A stretch of DNA of 64,000 nucleotides from Macrostomum lignano (Eukaryota), in contig NIVC01002040.1 in assembly GCA_002269645.1 (NCBI GenBank), positions 124,001 to 188,000 on the forward strand. Direction: 5' to 3'. Positions 13,425 through 27,011 of the stretch are shown here, piece after piece. Numbering within the stretch: position 1 is the stretch's first letter; each line of letters begins with the position of its first letter. The translations under genes and the position numbers were made by a program. The notes beneath the pieces are model-generated. The model worked only from the letters and a program-made list of their open reading frames with translations. It searched no databases and was not told the DNA's origin.

Positions 13425-15359
13425 ATCAGTGAACTGGATAGATTTGTTGATCGATGAATTTCTTCCTTCTTTTTCTGGATCGACTTAAGCTTGGATACTG
13501 AGTATGATATAGCTTGGAGAAGGCAATTGTTAGTCAAGTCGCTTCTCTTTCTCGCTTTGCCAATCAGCAAGCAATCGAGGCATTATAGATTCTTGCGACT
13601 GTTGATAGATATCTCCTATCCCGCTCGAGTGTCGGACTATAGTGGAAACTGGCCGGCTTATGCAAACAGTATTGCTCTCTGCCTCCTTGAATTGCAAATC
13701 GCGATCCGGTATCGTTTCTTCAATCTTGGAATCTCCAATCGCCTTGATTCAACCTAGGACTGATTGAGAAAGTGTCAAGGGACCAAAAATATATAAGAAA
13801 GTTTTGACGTTCCGTGCTTTTTAATTATTCCAACCTCTGTAGCCGCGTCGAGAAATGATTTTAGAAAGACCGTCGCTCGAGTTTTATTAAAGCAGCGGAC
13901 GCGAGAGATTGGATGAAATATAGAGAATGCGATGAGGTTAAATCCAGCTGTCCTATTGGCTGGTGGCTTGCTATGCCAGTCTGACAGTCTGTCTGGGCAA
14001 TGCTTTCAATCTGAAATCCGGGAGATGCAACTCAGCAGATATGAAGGTTGATGCTGAAATCTGACTCTTGATAAAAATTTATCCATCGGATAAGCCTGAC
14101 TATTATTTCGCTTAAATTATTACTGAGTTAACAGGCCGGTGTAGCTAAACTAAAGAAAATTGATTCGCGTCGACATGAGCAACTTAAAACCAAGCCGCTG
14201 TTACCGCTCTTACCCTCCCTCTTAGTCTCAAGGCGTTTAATGGGGGAGCAAGGGAAAAAGACGGACAAGAAAAAGATTCCGCCCGTATGCCCAGCGTGAA
14301 GAGAGGAAGGGTTATTGCCTATTCATAATTCACGGCCTGCTGAGTTTCTGAGGCTCCGTCTTAGTGGCTCTCCTCGCCTATCAGCTTGTACAGCTTCTCG
14401 GGCCTCGAATTTTTCGTCTGCGAACTGCAAACCCTTGCAGCTTGTAATAGCAGTTTTTTAATCTAATCTGCATCTCCGCTGTTTGCATGTGCTTAACTAA
14501 CTTGCGCACCTGGTGCAAAGTATCTTAAACTCCGGGCTCCCAGTTCTTTAGACTTTCAGGCATGCTCTTAGTTCATGAAAAAAACTTTCGTCATTTTCCT
14601 TCTGAAACCGTTCAACTTGCCAATAAATTATTTCATATGGCTTTCATTAATTCTCCCTTTAAGGGAGATTTCTCTCTCTCTACCTGTCAATTTTTTTCTT
14701 TCCATTGTTTCCTTCTATTGTTTCTTCTAAAACTCAGCTGGAATTTCTAGATAAAATGTTATGGAATTTCAGTTCTTCAGAGCGTTCCCCCTCTCCTGCT
14801 TAGATGCTATTCTCCGGCGCCATCCAGACCAGAGACACACTTTCTTCCCCTAGCCTCAATCCCCCGCTGTCTTTCCTCTATTGTCTTTCAATCCTCATGA
14901 AGGTTTTTGACATATTTTTGCTGAGGAACTCAAAGCAACTGACTCAGCGGTGAAATTGTCAATATATCCGGACTGACGTTAAATAGAGGATATGACTCAA
15001 AGCCGATCGGTTTCTCCCAGGTCCATCCGTCTGTCAGCGTTGCCTTACTGTGTGTGTATATGCGGAGAAAATTTATCCCTCATTTCCGGCCAAATGTTTT
15101 AGATTCGCGTGTATTTCCTAGCAAAGATGCTTTCACGTCGTTTTATTCTCTTATATGTAGACTGAGGACAGAAAATATGTAAAATTGATGTTTATTGAAC
15201 ACTTCCGACTTTCGTGTAGATCGTTAAACTACTCACCTGTTTCGGAACTTGTGAATTTAAAGTCTAGGTCGGCCAACTCCAGCTCGCGAAGCCCCTACCC
15301 AGACCTCTGGTCATTTGAAACTTCACAATTCCATCTGCCCCCTCTCATGGTTTATGCCT

Positions 15360-15640
15360 CTTCTCAGCTCTGTTCTCTCCTCTCATCCCTTTTCTCTCTC
15401 CCCTCTCTTCTCTTTAGCCTCTCCTCACCTCTCTCCCCTCCTCTCTTCCCTCTTCTCTCCCCTCCCCCCTCTTCTCTTCATTCTTCTCTCCCCTCTCTCC
15501 TCCCCTCTCTTCTCTCTCCTTCTCCCCTCTCTTCTCCCTCCCTTGTCTCCTCTCACTTCTCTTATCTATTCTCTTCCTTCTCCCCTCATCTCTCTTCTCT
15601 CCCCTTCTCTCTTCTTCTCTTACATCCTTTCTCTCTTGTC
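15360..15640. repeat. CT-rich low-complexity tract
   Basis: Directly visible polypyrimidine repeat. Confidence 0.9.
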
Positions 15641-16734
15641 TCATTTGTCATCAACCCGCGGTCATGATATAAATGTAGATTCTTTTTTCTGTCCTTAAGC
15701 TGAATCTAGCAGAACAAAGAACGAGCTAGGCTGGCTTCTGCAGTGCCACTATCCATCGCAATCATCTCATCAGCGGTTATTAGCAAAAAGCCATTATGAT
15801 TTGGCTATGCAGTTGAATTTCGTATTGAATTTCAAACTGAGTCAGCGCGATGGACCAAACAAAAAAAATTCACTCTCATTCGCCATGCTCAAATACGAAA
15901 TTCTTCTAATACGAAATACACACGGGGATGCAAACCAATGAGTTATTATCAGCTGGTCGATGCTTGTTTGCTATCTGTCATCATCTCTGCGTATTAGCTT
16001 GCGTTACCGTTACGTAATAGTATTAAGTCTCGTATTATATATAATTATCTTCAGTCTCGCGCACCTGTACCGCGCAGCTGCAGGATAATGTATATATAAT
16101 AAGCTTTACCTCTAAACTCGGGCTGGGATTGCATCACCGAAAGCTGAAGCTGTTTTAGGGTGAATTTCACGCTGGCTTGAATTGAAGGCATCTCTTCCTG
16201 TTGGATTAAGAGACCAGTTTTAATAACATGCACATTGAGTATACTCTTGATCGGTCTATCAACTGGCTGTTCTCAATAAAGATTTCAGCTCCCCGTTATT
16301 AACACTCTTTCTACAACCTCTGCTTATATATTATAAGCCTCCACTACATCTGTCTAAGACTATTATGTAGGAAACAAAGAGGGCCTTGGCATATAATTGG
16401 ACCTAGCCAACCGCGCAAAGGTTTGAAACTGGTTGCGTAACTGGCACGGCCTAATTCTTTCTCTTTCGTCGTCTCCTTTCTCTATTCTCTCGGCTCCTTT
16501 ATTGTCATTATTTTTCAATTCTGTTTTTCTCTTACATTAACGCAAAGTATGGTTTTTGTTTGGGGTTCTAGCAATTTCTTATTTCTAATCAATAGTGTGC
16601 TCAAGTATTCTCAATACTAGTGATTAGTGCTTGCCTGAAGGCTTTAGCTTCTCCTGTTTCCCCTGTTGCTTAATATTCGTAGTTTTTAAAGGTGTTCACT
16701 TCCTACCCTTATCGTCTTATTGACCGCCTTAGTA

Positions 16735-17375
16735 AGGTCTTTTGACCCCCTTTCAGTAGGTCTCCTGACTCCCCTTCAGTAGGTCTCCTGACTCCCCTTC
16801 AGTAGGTCTCTTGACCCCCTTCAGTAGTTCTCCTGACTCCCCTTCAGTAGGTCTTCTCACCCCCTGACCCCCTTCAGTAGATCTTATGACCCCCTTCAGT
16901 AGGTCTCCTGACCCCCCTTCAGTAGGTCCCTGACCCCCTTCAGTAGGTCTTCTCACCCCCCTGACCCCCTTCAGTAGGTCTCCTGACCCCCTTTAGTAGG
17001 TATCCTGACCCCCTTTAGTAGGTCTCCTGACTCCCCTTCAGTAGGTCTCTTGACCCCCTTCAGTAGGTCTCTTGACCCCCTTCAGTAGGTCTCTTGACCC
17101 CCTTCAGTAGTTCTCCTGACTCCCCTTCAGTAGGTCTTCTGGCCCCCCTTCAGTAGGTCCCTGACCCCCTAACCCCCTTCAGTAGGTCCCTGACCCCCCT
17201 TCAGTAGGTCTCCTGACCCCCTTCAGTAGATCTTCTGGCCCCCCTTCAGTAGGTCCCTGACCCCCTGACCCCCTTCAGTAGGTCTCCTGACCCCCTTCAG
17301 TAGATCTTCTGGCCCCCCTTCAGTAGGTCCCTGACCCCCTAACCCCCTTCAGTAGGTCTCCTGACCCGTCTTCAG
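16735..17375. repeat. ~22-bp minisatellite upstream of the first visible UBR5 exon
   Basis: Unit CTCCTGACCCCCTTCAGTAGGT and variants. Confidence 0.93.
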
Positions 17376-17545
17376 TGGATCTCCGGTAATTTGATCCTCT
17401 CCTGATAGCTTGACCCCCTTGCTGACTCTCCTTAATACTCACTGACCTCCCTGATCACGTGATTTCACACAGCCCATGTCCCATCTGTGTCACTAATAGC
17501 CTAATAGCCCAGCTTATTTGCGCAATCAACTCAATCAACCCAAAG

Positions 17546-20500
17546 GTGGAGCGCGACCGTCAGAGCCTGCTGCCGCAGACGTTCAAGCAGCTCAATCAAG
17601 AGTTCTACCGTCGGCACGGCGGCCCCAGCCCCGCTCTGGCCTGTCATCGAGTGAAAGTCACGTTTAAAGACGAAGCCGGCGAAGGCTCCGGTGTTGCTAG
17701 AAGTTTCTACACGGCATTTGTGAAGGCCGTATCCTCGGACGAGCGCCTACCAATGGAAGCTGTGTACAGCAATAGGCCGTCCTATACCACTAGCAGTCGT
17801 ACCGCTGTAGGCCAGCGCATGCGGCGATACGGCCGCACCCTGTCCTATTCGGCCGCGCCCTACACACCGGCCAGTAGTGCCGGTAGGAAGCGGCAGATTG
17901 GCGACCGACTGTTTCCCAAGGTTAGTTTTTTGTGGGCTGTGCGTGGTGAAACCTGAGATTTGAATACAGGTTTTATTTAGGGTTATTAAAATTGTGACAA
18001 CTAACTCTGTGTGTAGTTTTTTAAGTAGTGGGCTATTAAATTTCTCTTTAGATTGTTAATTAAACATTATTTCGGGATTTCTTAATTACCAAAGTTGAGA
18101 AATTAAACCGATTTTCAACACTCATTTTTTAGATCCACTAGGGTGGGATTTCCAGTTGTTATAGATCTACTAGGGTGAGATTTCTTAGTTATAAATCTAC
18201 TAGGGTGGGATTTCCAGTTGTTATAGATCTACTAGGGTGAGATTTCCAGTTGTTATAGATCTACTAGGGTGAGATTTCCCAGTTGTTATAGATCTACTAG
18301 GGTGAGATTTCCAGTTGTTATAGATCTACTAGGGTGAGATTTCCAGTTGTTATAGATCTACTAGGGTGAGATTTCCAGTTGTTATAGATCTACTAGGGTG
18401 AGATTTCCAGTTGTTATAGATCTACTAGGGTGAGATTTCCCAGTTGTTATAGATCTACTAGGGTGAGATTTCCCAGTTGTTATAGATCTACTAGGGTGAG
18501 ATTTCCAGTTGTTATAGATCTACTAGGGTGAGATTTCCAGTTGTTATAGATCTACTAGGGTGAGATTTCCCAGTTGTTATAGATCTACTAGGGTGAGATT
18601 TCCCAGTTGTTATAGATCTACTAGGGTGAGATTTCCCAGTTGTTATAGATCTACTAGGGTGAGATTTCCCAGTTGTTATAGATCTACTAGGGTGACATTT
18701 CCCAGTTGTTATAGATCTACTAGGGTGGGATTTCCAGTTGTTATAGATCTACTAGGGTGAGATTTCCCAGTTGTTATAGATCTACTAGGGTGGGATTTCC
18801 AGTTGTTATAGATCTACTAGGGTGAGATTTCCCAGTTTGTATAGATCTACTAGGGTGAGATTTCCCAGTTGGAAACTATTTAACAACAATAAGCCAACAA
18901 TAGTGTGCTAATTAACAACCCTAACCTGCTTCCCCCAGGTGGCGCAGCTCCAGCCGGACCACGCGGGCAAGATCACCGGGATGCTGCTGGACCTGCCCAG
19001 CTCTCACCTGTTGCTACTGCTAGCCAACGAAGATGGTCTTCGTCAGCGCGTCGACGAAGCCAAAGAGATCATCGACGAGCAGGAGGTGCTGCATCAGGCA
19101 GCCGCCGCGGCTGCCTCTTCTAACAGTGCATCAGCCGCGGCTTCCTCCAGTTCGGCAACCGGCGGTGGCAGCAGTGGCTCGCCGCTGATTGAAGCGATGG
19201 TGGCCGGCTTTGGCCAACAGTCGGGCGCGTCGTCGCTGAGCAAAGAGGAAGAGGAGGAGCTCTGCCCGCTGTTCTGGCAGCCCGGCAAACGGGGCTACTA
19301 CTCGCCAAGGTGGGGATCGCGGTTTTATATCGACTCATTTGGGGATCGTGTGTGTCTGGGGAGCTGACTCATTTGGGGATCGTGTGTGTCTGGGGAGCTG
19401 ACTCATTTGGGGATCGTGTGTGTCTGGGGAGCTGACTCATTTGGGGATCGTGTGTGTCTGGGGAGCTGACTCATTATGGGGATCGTGTGTGTCAGGGGAG
19501 CTGACTCTTTATGGGGATCGTGTGTGTCAGGGGAGCTGACTCATTTGGGGATCGTGTGTGTCTGGGGAGCTGACTCATTATGGGGATCGTGTGTGTCAGG
19601 GGAGCTGACTCTTTATGGGGATCGTGTGTGTCAGGGGAGCTGACTCATTTGGGGATCGTGTGTGTCTGGGGAGCTGACTCATTTGGGGATCGTGTGTGTC
19701 TGGGAAGCTGACTCATTTGGGGATCGTGTGTGTCTGGGGAGCTGACTCATTTGGGGATCGTGTGTGTCTGGGGAGCTGACTCATTATGGGGATCGTGTGT
19801 GTCAGGGGAGCTGACTCTTTATGGGGATCGTGTGTGTCAGGGGAGCTGACTCATTTGGGGATCGTGTGTGTCAGGGGAGCTGACTCTTTATGGGGATCGT
19901 GTGTGTCAGAGGAGCTGACTCATTTGGGGATCGTGTGTGTCAGGGGAGCTGACTCATTTGGGGATCGTGTGTGTCAGGGGAGCTGACTCATTATGGGGAT
20001 CGTGTGTGTCAGGGGAACTGACTCATTTGGGGATCGTGTGTGTCAGGGGAGCTGACTCATTATGGGGATCGTGTGTGTCTGGGGAGCTGACTCATTTGGG
20101 GATCGTGTGTGTCTGGGGAGCTGACTCATTTGGGGATCGTGTGTGTCAGGGGAGCTGACTCATTATGGGGATCGTGTGTGTCAGGGGAGCTGACTCTTTA
20201 TGGGGATCGTGTGTGTCAGGGGAGCTGACTCATTTGGGGATCGTGTGTGTCAGGGGAGCTGACTCATTATGGGGATCGTGTGTGTCAGGGGAGCTGACTC
20301 TTTATGGGGATCGTGTGTGTCAGAAGAGCTGACTCATTTGGGGATCGTGTGTGTCAGGGGAGCTGACTCATTATGGGGATCGTGTGTGTCAGGGGAACTG
20401 ACTCATTATGGGGATCGTGTGTGTCAGGGGAACTGACTCATTATGGGGATCGTGTGTGTCTGGGGAGCTGACTCATTTGGGGATCGTGTGTGTCAGGGGA

Positions 20501-23500
20501 GCTGACTCATTTGGGGATCGTGTGTGTCAGGGGAGCTGACTCATTATGTGGATCGTGTGTGTCAGGGGAGCTGACTCTTTATGGGGATCGTGTGTGTCAG
20601 AAGAGCTGACTCATTTGGGGATCGTGTGTGTCAGGGGAGCTGACTCATTATGGGGATCGTGTGTGTCAGGGGAACTGACTCATTATGGGGATCGTGTGTG
20701 TCAGGGGAACTGACTCATTATGGGGATCGTGTGTGTCTGGGGAGCTGACTCATTTGGGGATCGTGTGTGTCAGGGGAGCTGACTCATTATGTGGATCGTG
20801 TGTGTCAGGGGAGCTGACTCATTTGGGGATCGTGTGTGTCAGGGGAGCTGACTCATTTGGGGATCGTGTGTGTCAGGGGAGCTGACTCATTTGGGGATCG
20901 TGTGTGTCAGGGGAGCTGACTCATTATGGGGATCGTGTGTGTCAGGGGAACTGACTCATTATGGGGATCGTGTGTGTCTGGGGAGCTGACTCATTTGGGG
21001 ATCGTGTGTGTCAGGGGAGCTGACTCATTATGGGGATCGTGTGTGTCAGGGGAGCTGACTCATTATGGGGATCGTGTGTGTCAGGGGAGCTGACTCATTT
21101 GGAGATCGTGTGTGTCAGGGGAGCTGCCTCGTTTGAGGATCGTGTCAGGGGAACTGACTCATTTGGGGATCGTGTCGGGAACTGACTCATTTGGGGATCG
21201 TGTCGGGAGCTGACTCATTTGGGGATCGTGTCGGGAACTGACTCATTTGGGGATCGTGTCGGGAACTGACTCATTTGGGGATCGTGTCAGGGGAACTGAC
21301 TCATTTGGGGATCGTGTCGGGAACTGACTCATTTGGGGATCGTGTCGGGAACTGACTCATTTGGAGATCGTGTGTGTCAGGGGAGCTGACTCGTTTGGGG
21401 ATCGTGTGTGTCAGGGGAACTGACTCATTTGGGGATCGTGTCGGGAACTGACTCATTTGGGGATCGTGTCGGGAGCTGACTCATTTGGAGATCGTGTGTG
21501 TCAGGGGAGCTGACTCGTTTGGGGATCGTGTGTGTCAGGGGAACTGACTCATTTGGGGATCGTGTCGGGAACTGACTCATTTGGGGATCGTGTCGGGAAC
21601 TGACTCATTTGGGGATCGTTTCAGTGGAGCTGACTCATTTAGGGATTATGTCAGTGGAGTAGTGGGGAATTCCCTATTCACAGATTTCCCTTTTAGCTAC
21701 TATATGAACTGGGAACTGGGAGTTCTTTACCTAGTCACAATTCTTGAGAGCTCCTCACCCTTCTGAGATGCCGCACAATGTATTGTTCTGAAGTGTCGGC
21801 GCTAGTCTCCATCCAAATCAGCTGCAGAGAATAAAACAGCTTTTGTAGCGCGCTAAAGCCGGTTGGCGTCTTTGATGTCTATTTTTTCCTGCCTAGTTTA
21901 GCTAGCGGCTTTATAATTCTCATCGTTCTCACAATAATATCCAAATCATAATGCTCAAGTTGTGTGTGAGTGTGTGTGTGTTCGGGCACATAGTCACGAA
22001 ATATCTATTGTTTATTAATCACGTTCTATTTCACGGAAAATAAGCTGTCACGTGATTTAAAACCTTGTGTTATTAGTGGCAGAACATTGGTAATTCTGCG
22101 CGTGTTTGAGCATGCCCACTTGAACGGAGAGACTGGTGAAGCTTAGGTGAAGCTGAGGGATCATTATCCCCTACCCCCTGCCCCCACCCCGCAGAGTCCG
22201 CAAGCCGTCGCTAGTGAACTGCGCCTATCGCAATGTTGGCCGCGTGATGGGCCTCTGCCTACTGCAGAACGATCTGTGCCCGCTGCAGCTGTCCCGCCAC
22301 GTGCTCAAGTATCTGCTAGGCCGGCAGTTGCACTTCCACGATATGGCATTTTACTGTCCCACTACATACGAGAGCCTGCGACAGTTGCTACTGTACGCTG
22401 AGACTGAGCCGGACACTCTGGCCGCTCTGGAGCTCACATTCACTGTCGACCTGCGCGCAGAAGAGGGCGGCGGTACCCATCCGCTGATTCACAATGGGCA
22501 CCAGGTTAGTTATGTGCTGATTATTCGAAGCATTTATCATATTTTAAAGGTTGATTGAAGGTCAAGTGTAGATATTATTAGAGATCGTTTCAAGGTCAAG
22601 AAACTACTTGGGCTGATTAAACGACAAAAAATGCGATTGTAATTCATTAAGCGACGCCATATTGCACTTTACACGCATCCCAGAATCACTTGAGTCATCC
22701 CAGAGTCGCTTGAATCATCACAGAGTCACTAGAGTCATCAAAGTAGCACTAGAGTCATCCCAGAGTCACTAGAGTCATCCCAGAGTCGCTTGAGTCATCC
22801 CAGAGTCGCTTGAGTCATCCCAGAGTCGCTTGAGTCATCCCAGAGTCGCTTGAGTCATCACAGAGTCACTTGAGTCATCCCAGAGTCGCTTGAGTCATTC
22901 CAGAGTCGCTTGAGTCATCCCAGAGTCACTTGAGTCATCCCAGAGTCACTTGAGTCATCACTGAGTCACACGAGTCATCCCAGAGTCACTTGAGTCATCA
23001 CACAGTCACTTGAGTCATCACTGAGTCACTAGAGTCATCAAAGTAGCACTAGAGTCATCCCAGAGTCACTAGAGTCATCCCAGAGTCGCTTGAGTCATCC
23101 CAGAGTCGCTTGAGTCATCACAGAGTCACTTGAGTCATCCCAGAGTCGCTTGAGTCATCACAGAGTCACTTGAGTCATCCCAGAGTCGCTTGAGTCATTC
23201 CAGAGTCGCTTGAGTCATCCCAGAGTCGCTTGAGTCATCCCAGAGTCGCTTGAGTCATCACAGAGTCACTTGAGTCATCCCAGAGTCGCTTGAGTCATCC
23301 CAGAGTCGCTTGAGTCATCACAGAGTCACTTGAGTCATCCCAGAGTCGCTTGAGTCATCCCAGAGTCGCTTGAGTCATCACAGAGTCACTTGAGTCATCC
23401 CAGAGTCGCTTGAGTCATCCCAGAGTCGCTTGAGTCATCCCAGAGTCACTTGAGTCGTCCCAGAGTCGCAGACAATACAACGCCTGAACTTGACTCTGAT

Positions 23501-24137
23501 CTTAGGAGACTCTTTGACGACGTCTCTGAGAACGTAGGGCTCATCGGTTTCATCGTAGGGTATCATTTGAAGGTCAATTGATATTAAACCGTCTCACCAC
23601 CCGCAGACCTACGTAAACAAGACCAACGTGCAAGAATACGTGACAAAAATATGCGAATACAAGCTGCTCAAAGCTGCTCAAGAGCCGCTAGAACAGCTCC
23701 GATTGGGCCTGTTCGACGTGCTGCCACGGACGGCGCTGGACGGCCTGACCTCTGAAGACTTCCGCCTGCTGCTCTGCGGCGTCGGCGAGATCGACCTGTG
23801 CGCTCTGCAGCGCTACACCAGCTTCAACGATGAGTCCGGAGAGCCAGCCGATCGGGTGCTCCGGTTCAAAAAATGGTTCTGGTCTGTGGCAGCCAAGCTC
23901 ACTCATCAGCAGCGTCAGGACCTGCTGTACTTTTGGACTTCCAGTCCGGCTCTGCCAGCCAGCGCTGAAGGCTTCCAGCCGATGCCCAGCGTAACTGTGC
24001 GGCCTGCGGAGGACAACCACCTGCCCACTGCTAACACCTGCATCAGCCGGCTGTACATTCCGCTGTACAGCAGCAAGACTGTGCTGCGGGCTAAGCTGCT
24101 GCTGGCCATCCACACCAAGGGGTTCGGCTTTGTTTGA
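17546..24137 (+). CDS. UBR5: E3 ubiquitin ligase UBR5/EDD/hyd, C-terminal ~528 aa (MLLE + HECT); 5' exons not in window
   Basis: Exons 17546-17920, 18939-19309, 22195-22504 and 23607-24137; all GT-AG, phases 0/2/0 are consistent. Hallmarks: [25 protein letters not shown] domain [11 protein letters not shown]...[23 protein letters not shown], catalytic [13 protein letters not shown], and C-terminal GFGFV, all matching recalled human UBR5. Confidence 0.96.
18131..18870. repeat. 32-33-bp minisatellite in UBR5 intron 17921-18938
   Basis: Unit AGATCTACTAGGGTGAGATTTC(C)CAGTTGTTAT, ~22 copies. Confidence 0.95.
19330..21640. repeat. 34-35-bp minisatellite (28-bp variants at the 3' end) in UBR5 intron 19310-22194
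   Basis: Unit GACTCATTTGGGGATCGTGTGTGTCAGGGGAGCT. Confidence 0.96.
22678..23468. repeat. 20-bp minisatellite in UBR5 intron 22505-23606
   Basis: Unit CAGAGTCGCTTGAGTCATCC, ~39 copies. Confidence 0.96.
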
Positions 24138-24169
24138 GACCCAACTCACTGACTGTTTGACTGCCCCCG

Positions 24170-24720
24170 AGATCTCCTGTCTCACCCTGTCCTGTCGCAT
24201 CCTCTCCTGTCTCATCCTCTCCTATCTCATCCTGTCCTATCTCATCATCTATTTAATCATCTCCTATCTTATCCTCTTATCTCACCCTCTTCTATCTCAT
24301 CATCTCCTATCTCATCATCTCCTATCTTATCCTCTTATCTCACCCTCTTCTATCTCACCCTCTTCTATCTCACCCTCTCCTAATCCCACCCTCTTCTAAT
24401 CTCACCCTGTCCTATCTCATCATCTATCTCACCCTCTCCAATCTCACCCTATTTCATCCTCTCCCATCTCATCCTCCTATCTCATCATCCTCCTATCTCA
24501 TCATCTCCTATCTTATCCTCTTATCTCACCCTCTTCTATCTCACCCTCTTCTATCTCACCCTCTCCTAATCCCACCCTCTTCTAATCTCACCCTGTCCTA
24601 TCTCATCATCTATCTCACCCTCTCCAATCTCACCCTATTTCATCCTCTCCCATCTCATCCTCCTATCTCATCATCCTCCTATCTCACACTCTCCTATCGC
24701 ACCCTCTATCTCTATACATC
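24170..24720. repeat. CT-rich repeat immediately 3' of the UBR5 stop
   Basis: Variants of CTATCTCACCCTCT with an internal ~130-bp duplication. Confidence 0.9.
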
Positions 24721-25559
24721 TCATTACCCGTCAGCGATCCCGCCACACTCAATGTTCAATCAACACAAAAGCCGAAAGCATAAAACTCAGACTAACATTG
24801 TCAAAATTATAATTGTCTCAGTTCATGTGGTGGCCGCACCTGTTGCTCTATATATTTTTGTTAATCTAATTTGCAGTTTTATGACTTACAATCGTTTCCT
24901 TTATAACATGATCTACTCTCGATGGCATTGTCGCGTGTGTGTTCCACTGCCGCTTGAACCTTTTTGTGCTTTTTTGTTGTTCTCTTAATTTCATACGATG
25001 TGTGCTTACTAATAGTAAGTATTTGTAATATTAATGATTAATAATTATTAATCATAATACTACTTATAAATCACTACATAAAATGGTTCTAATTTAACAA
25101 GCACCAATATTACCACTATTTGAATATTAGTAAGTGTCCAATGTGTGTAATTTCTTGATTAAGTTTGTTTGCATATTAAATATTGGTATAATTGAGATTC
25201 TGGAATTAATTAATTAACAACAGAATGTGTTAGCAACAAACATCATTTATTAACATATTGCTGAAATTTAAACATGCGAAAGAAGCATTGAAATTAATTT
25301 GAATAACCTGTTCCACTGTTGTCTGGTTTGCTTACAATTGCACACCCCTTTTATGTTATATGTCTGTTCTTTTATGACCCAAACCCCCATGGCCCTTTTC
25401 CTGTTTGTCACCCCGCTTGTCTGTGTGTTTTTTATTCGGTTTAAATAAAAGGCCATCGGATCTGCTTTGTTATAATAATTATAATTACTGATATAAGTTG
25501 TGCGCCTGCAGTAACACACTTGGATTGTAATTGTGTTCGATTAATTTTACTCTTACTGC

Positions 25560-26085
25560 GCGTTCCCCTTCATTTTCTCACCCTGTCTACGTTCCTATGT
25601 CCTTCCTATTTCCCATCTCACCATCTCTTATCTCGCTATCTCCTATCTCACCCACTTCTATCTCACCCTCTCTTATCTCAACCTCCTATCTCACCCTTTC
25701 TTATCCTATCTCATCCTCTTCTATCTCATACTCTCCTATCACACGTCCCCTCCTACCTCATTTTTATCTCACCCTCTATTTCATTGTCGCCTATTCACCC
25801 TCACCTGTCTTATCATCCTATCTCACCCTTTCCTCTCTCACCCTTTCCTATCTCACCCTCTCCTCTCTCACCCTTTCCTATCTCACCCTCTCCCTCTCAC
25901 CCTTTCCTATCTCACCCTCTCCTCTCTCACCCTTTCCTATCTCACCCTCTCCCTCTCACCCTTTCCTATCTCACCCTCTCCCTCTCACCCTTTCCTATCT
26001 CACCCTCTCCTCTCTCACCCTTTCCTATCTCACCATCTTCTATCTCATGCTCTCCTTTCTCACCATCCAATCTCGCCATCTACGA
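25560..26085. repeat. CT-rich repeat related to 24170-24720
   Basis: Unit CTCTCACCCTTTCCTATCTCACCCTCTC. Confidence 0.9.
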
Positions 26086-27011
26086 TTTTATCTAACTCGA
26101 AAGTCTACCCAGAGTGTGGAACATTTCAATTGAGAACTGTGAGAGCCCACAAACTGCTTGTTAAACGTGCATTTCTACATTATTGCAGTCAACGTTTAGG
26201 CTTGGACGTAGGCCGATTGCCCGAGGCTGTTGCTAGGGCAGGTGTGAGCCATATACAATTTTGACAGACAGGCGTTAATGAGAATTGAGTATTTGGTATT
26301 AATCATTATTTTGAGGCTTCGTAATGGGCTAGAATTCTGAGTTAGATTGAAGGATTACATGTAAACACCCTTGATTTAAGCCTAATAACTAACACTAATA
26401 ATTGCGACACGTGTTCTGCGGAGAGATATTTCAGTGGAAATATACTACTTGAATTATAGCAGTTTCAAAATAAGTAGCATAATACGAAACATACACATTT
26501 TATAGCCGATTTAATTTCATTGTCGAATAAAAGCCCTCTTTGTGGTGCCGAAATTCAATCTCAGATACGTTGCTAACCATGCAGAGCTACGCTACTTTTT
26601 GCTGTCTCAGTCTTGAACCGTGGAACAAAACTTGATACTGTTTTAAGGGCCGCAGCTGCAGCCTATTGAGGAAGCAATCAGTGAGAGTGCATGCAAGTAG
26701 GAAATTAGCTTGCATTTTTATTGCGGTGTCCATTTCCAAATTTGGAAACTATGGAGGGAACTCGCGGCGATCGGAGACGGCGAGATTGATAGTCAAGTCA
26801 AAGAAAGTGCCAATCGAGCTGATTGCTTCTGCAATGTCCAGCTGATAGAAATCAAATTTCCTATTAATATTTTTATGATCGCTGAAGAGTTTACACCTGG
26901 AGGTAAAATTAATTAATTGCAAAGTCAAATTCGACTATAAATTCTATGCTAAAACTTGTGTCAGAATTTGCTTTAACTGTTATTCTGCAAATCGACCAGA
27001 CTACCATAGCC

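Noticed and set aside
19085-19260. Poly-Ala/Ser/Gly insertion between the UBR5 MLLE domain and the rest of HECT
   Set aside because: Low-complexity expansion in a linker that I recall as variable among orthologs; not distinctive.
23688-24215. 175-aa antisense ORF over the last UBR5 exon (and similar shadows over other exons)
   Set aside because: Shadow ORFs expected from GC-rich coding sequence.
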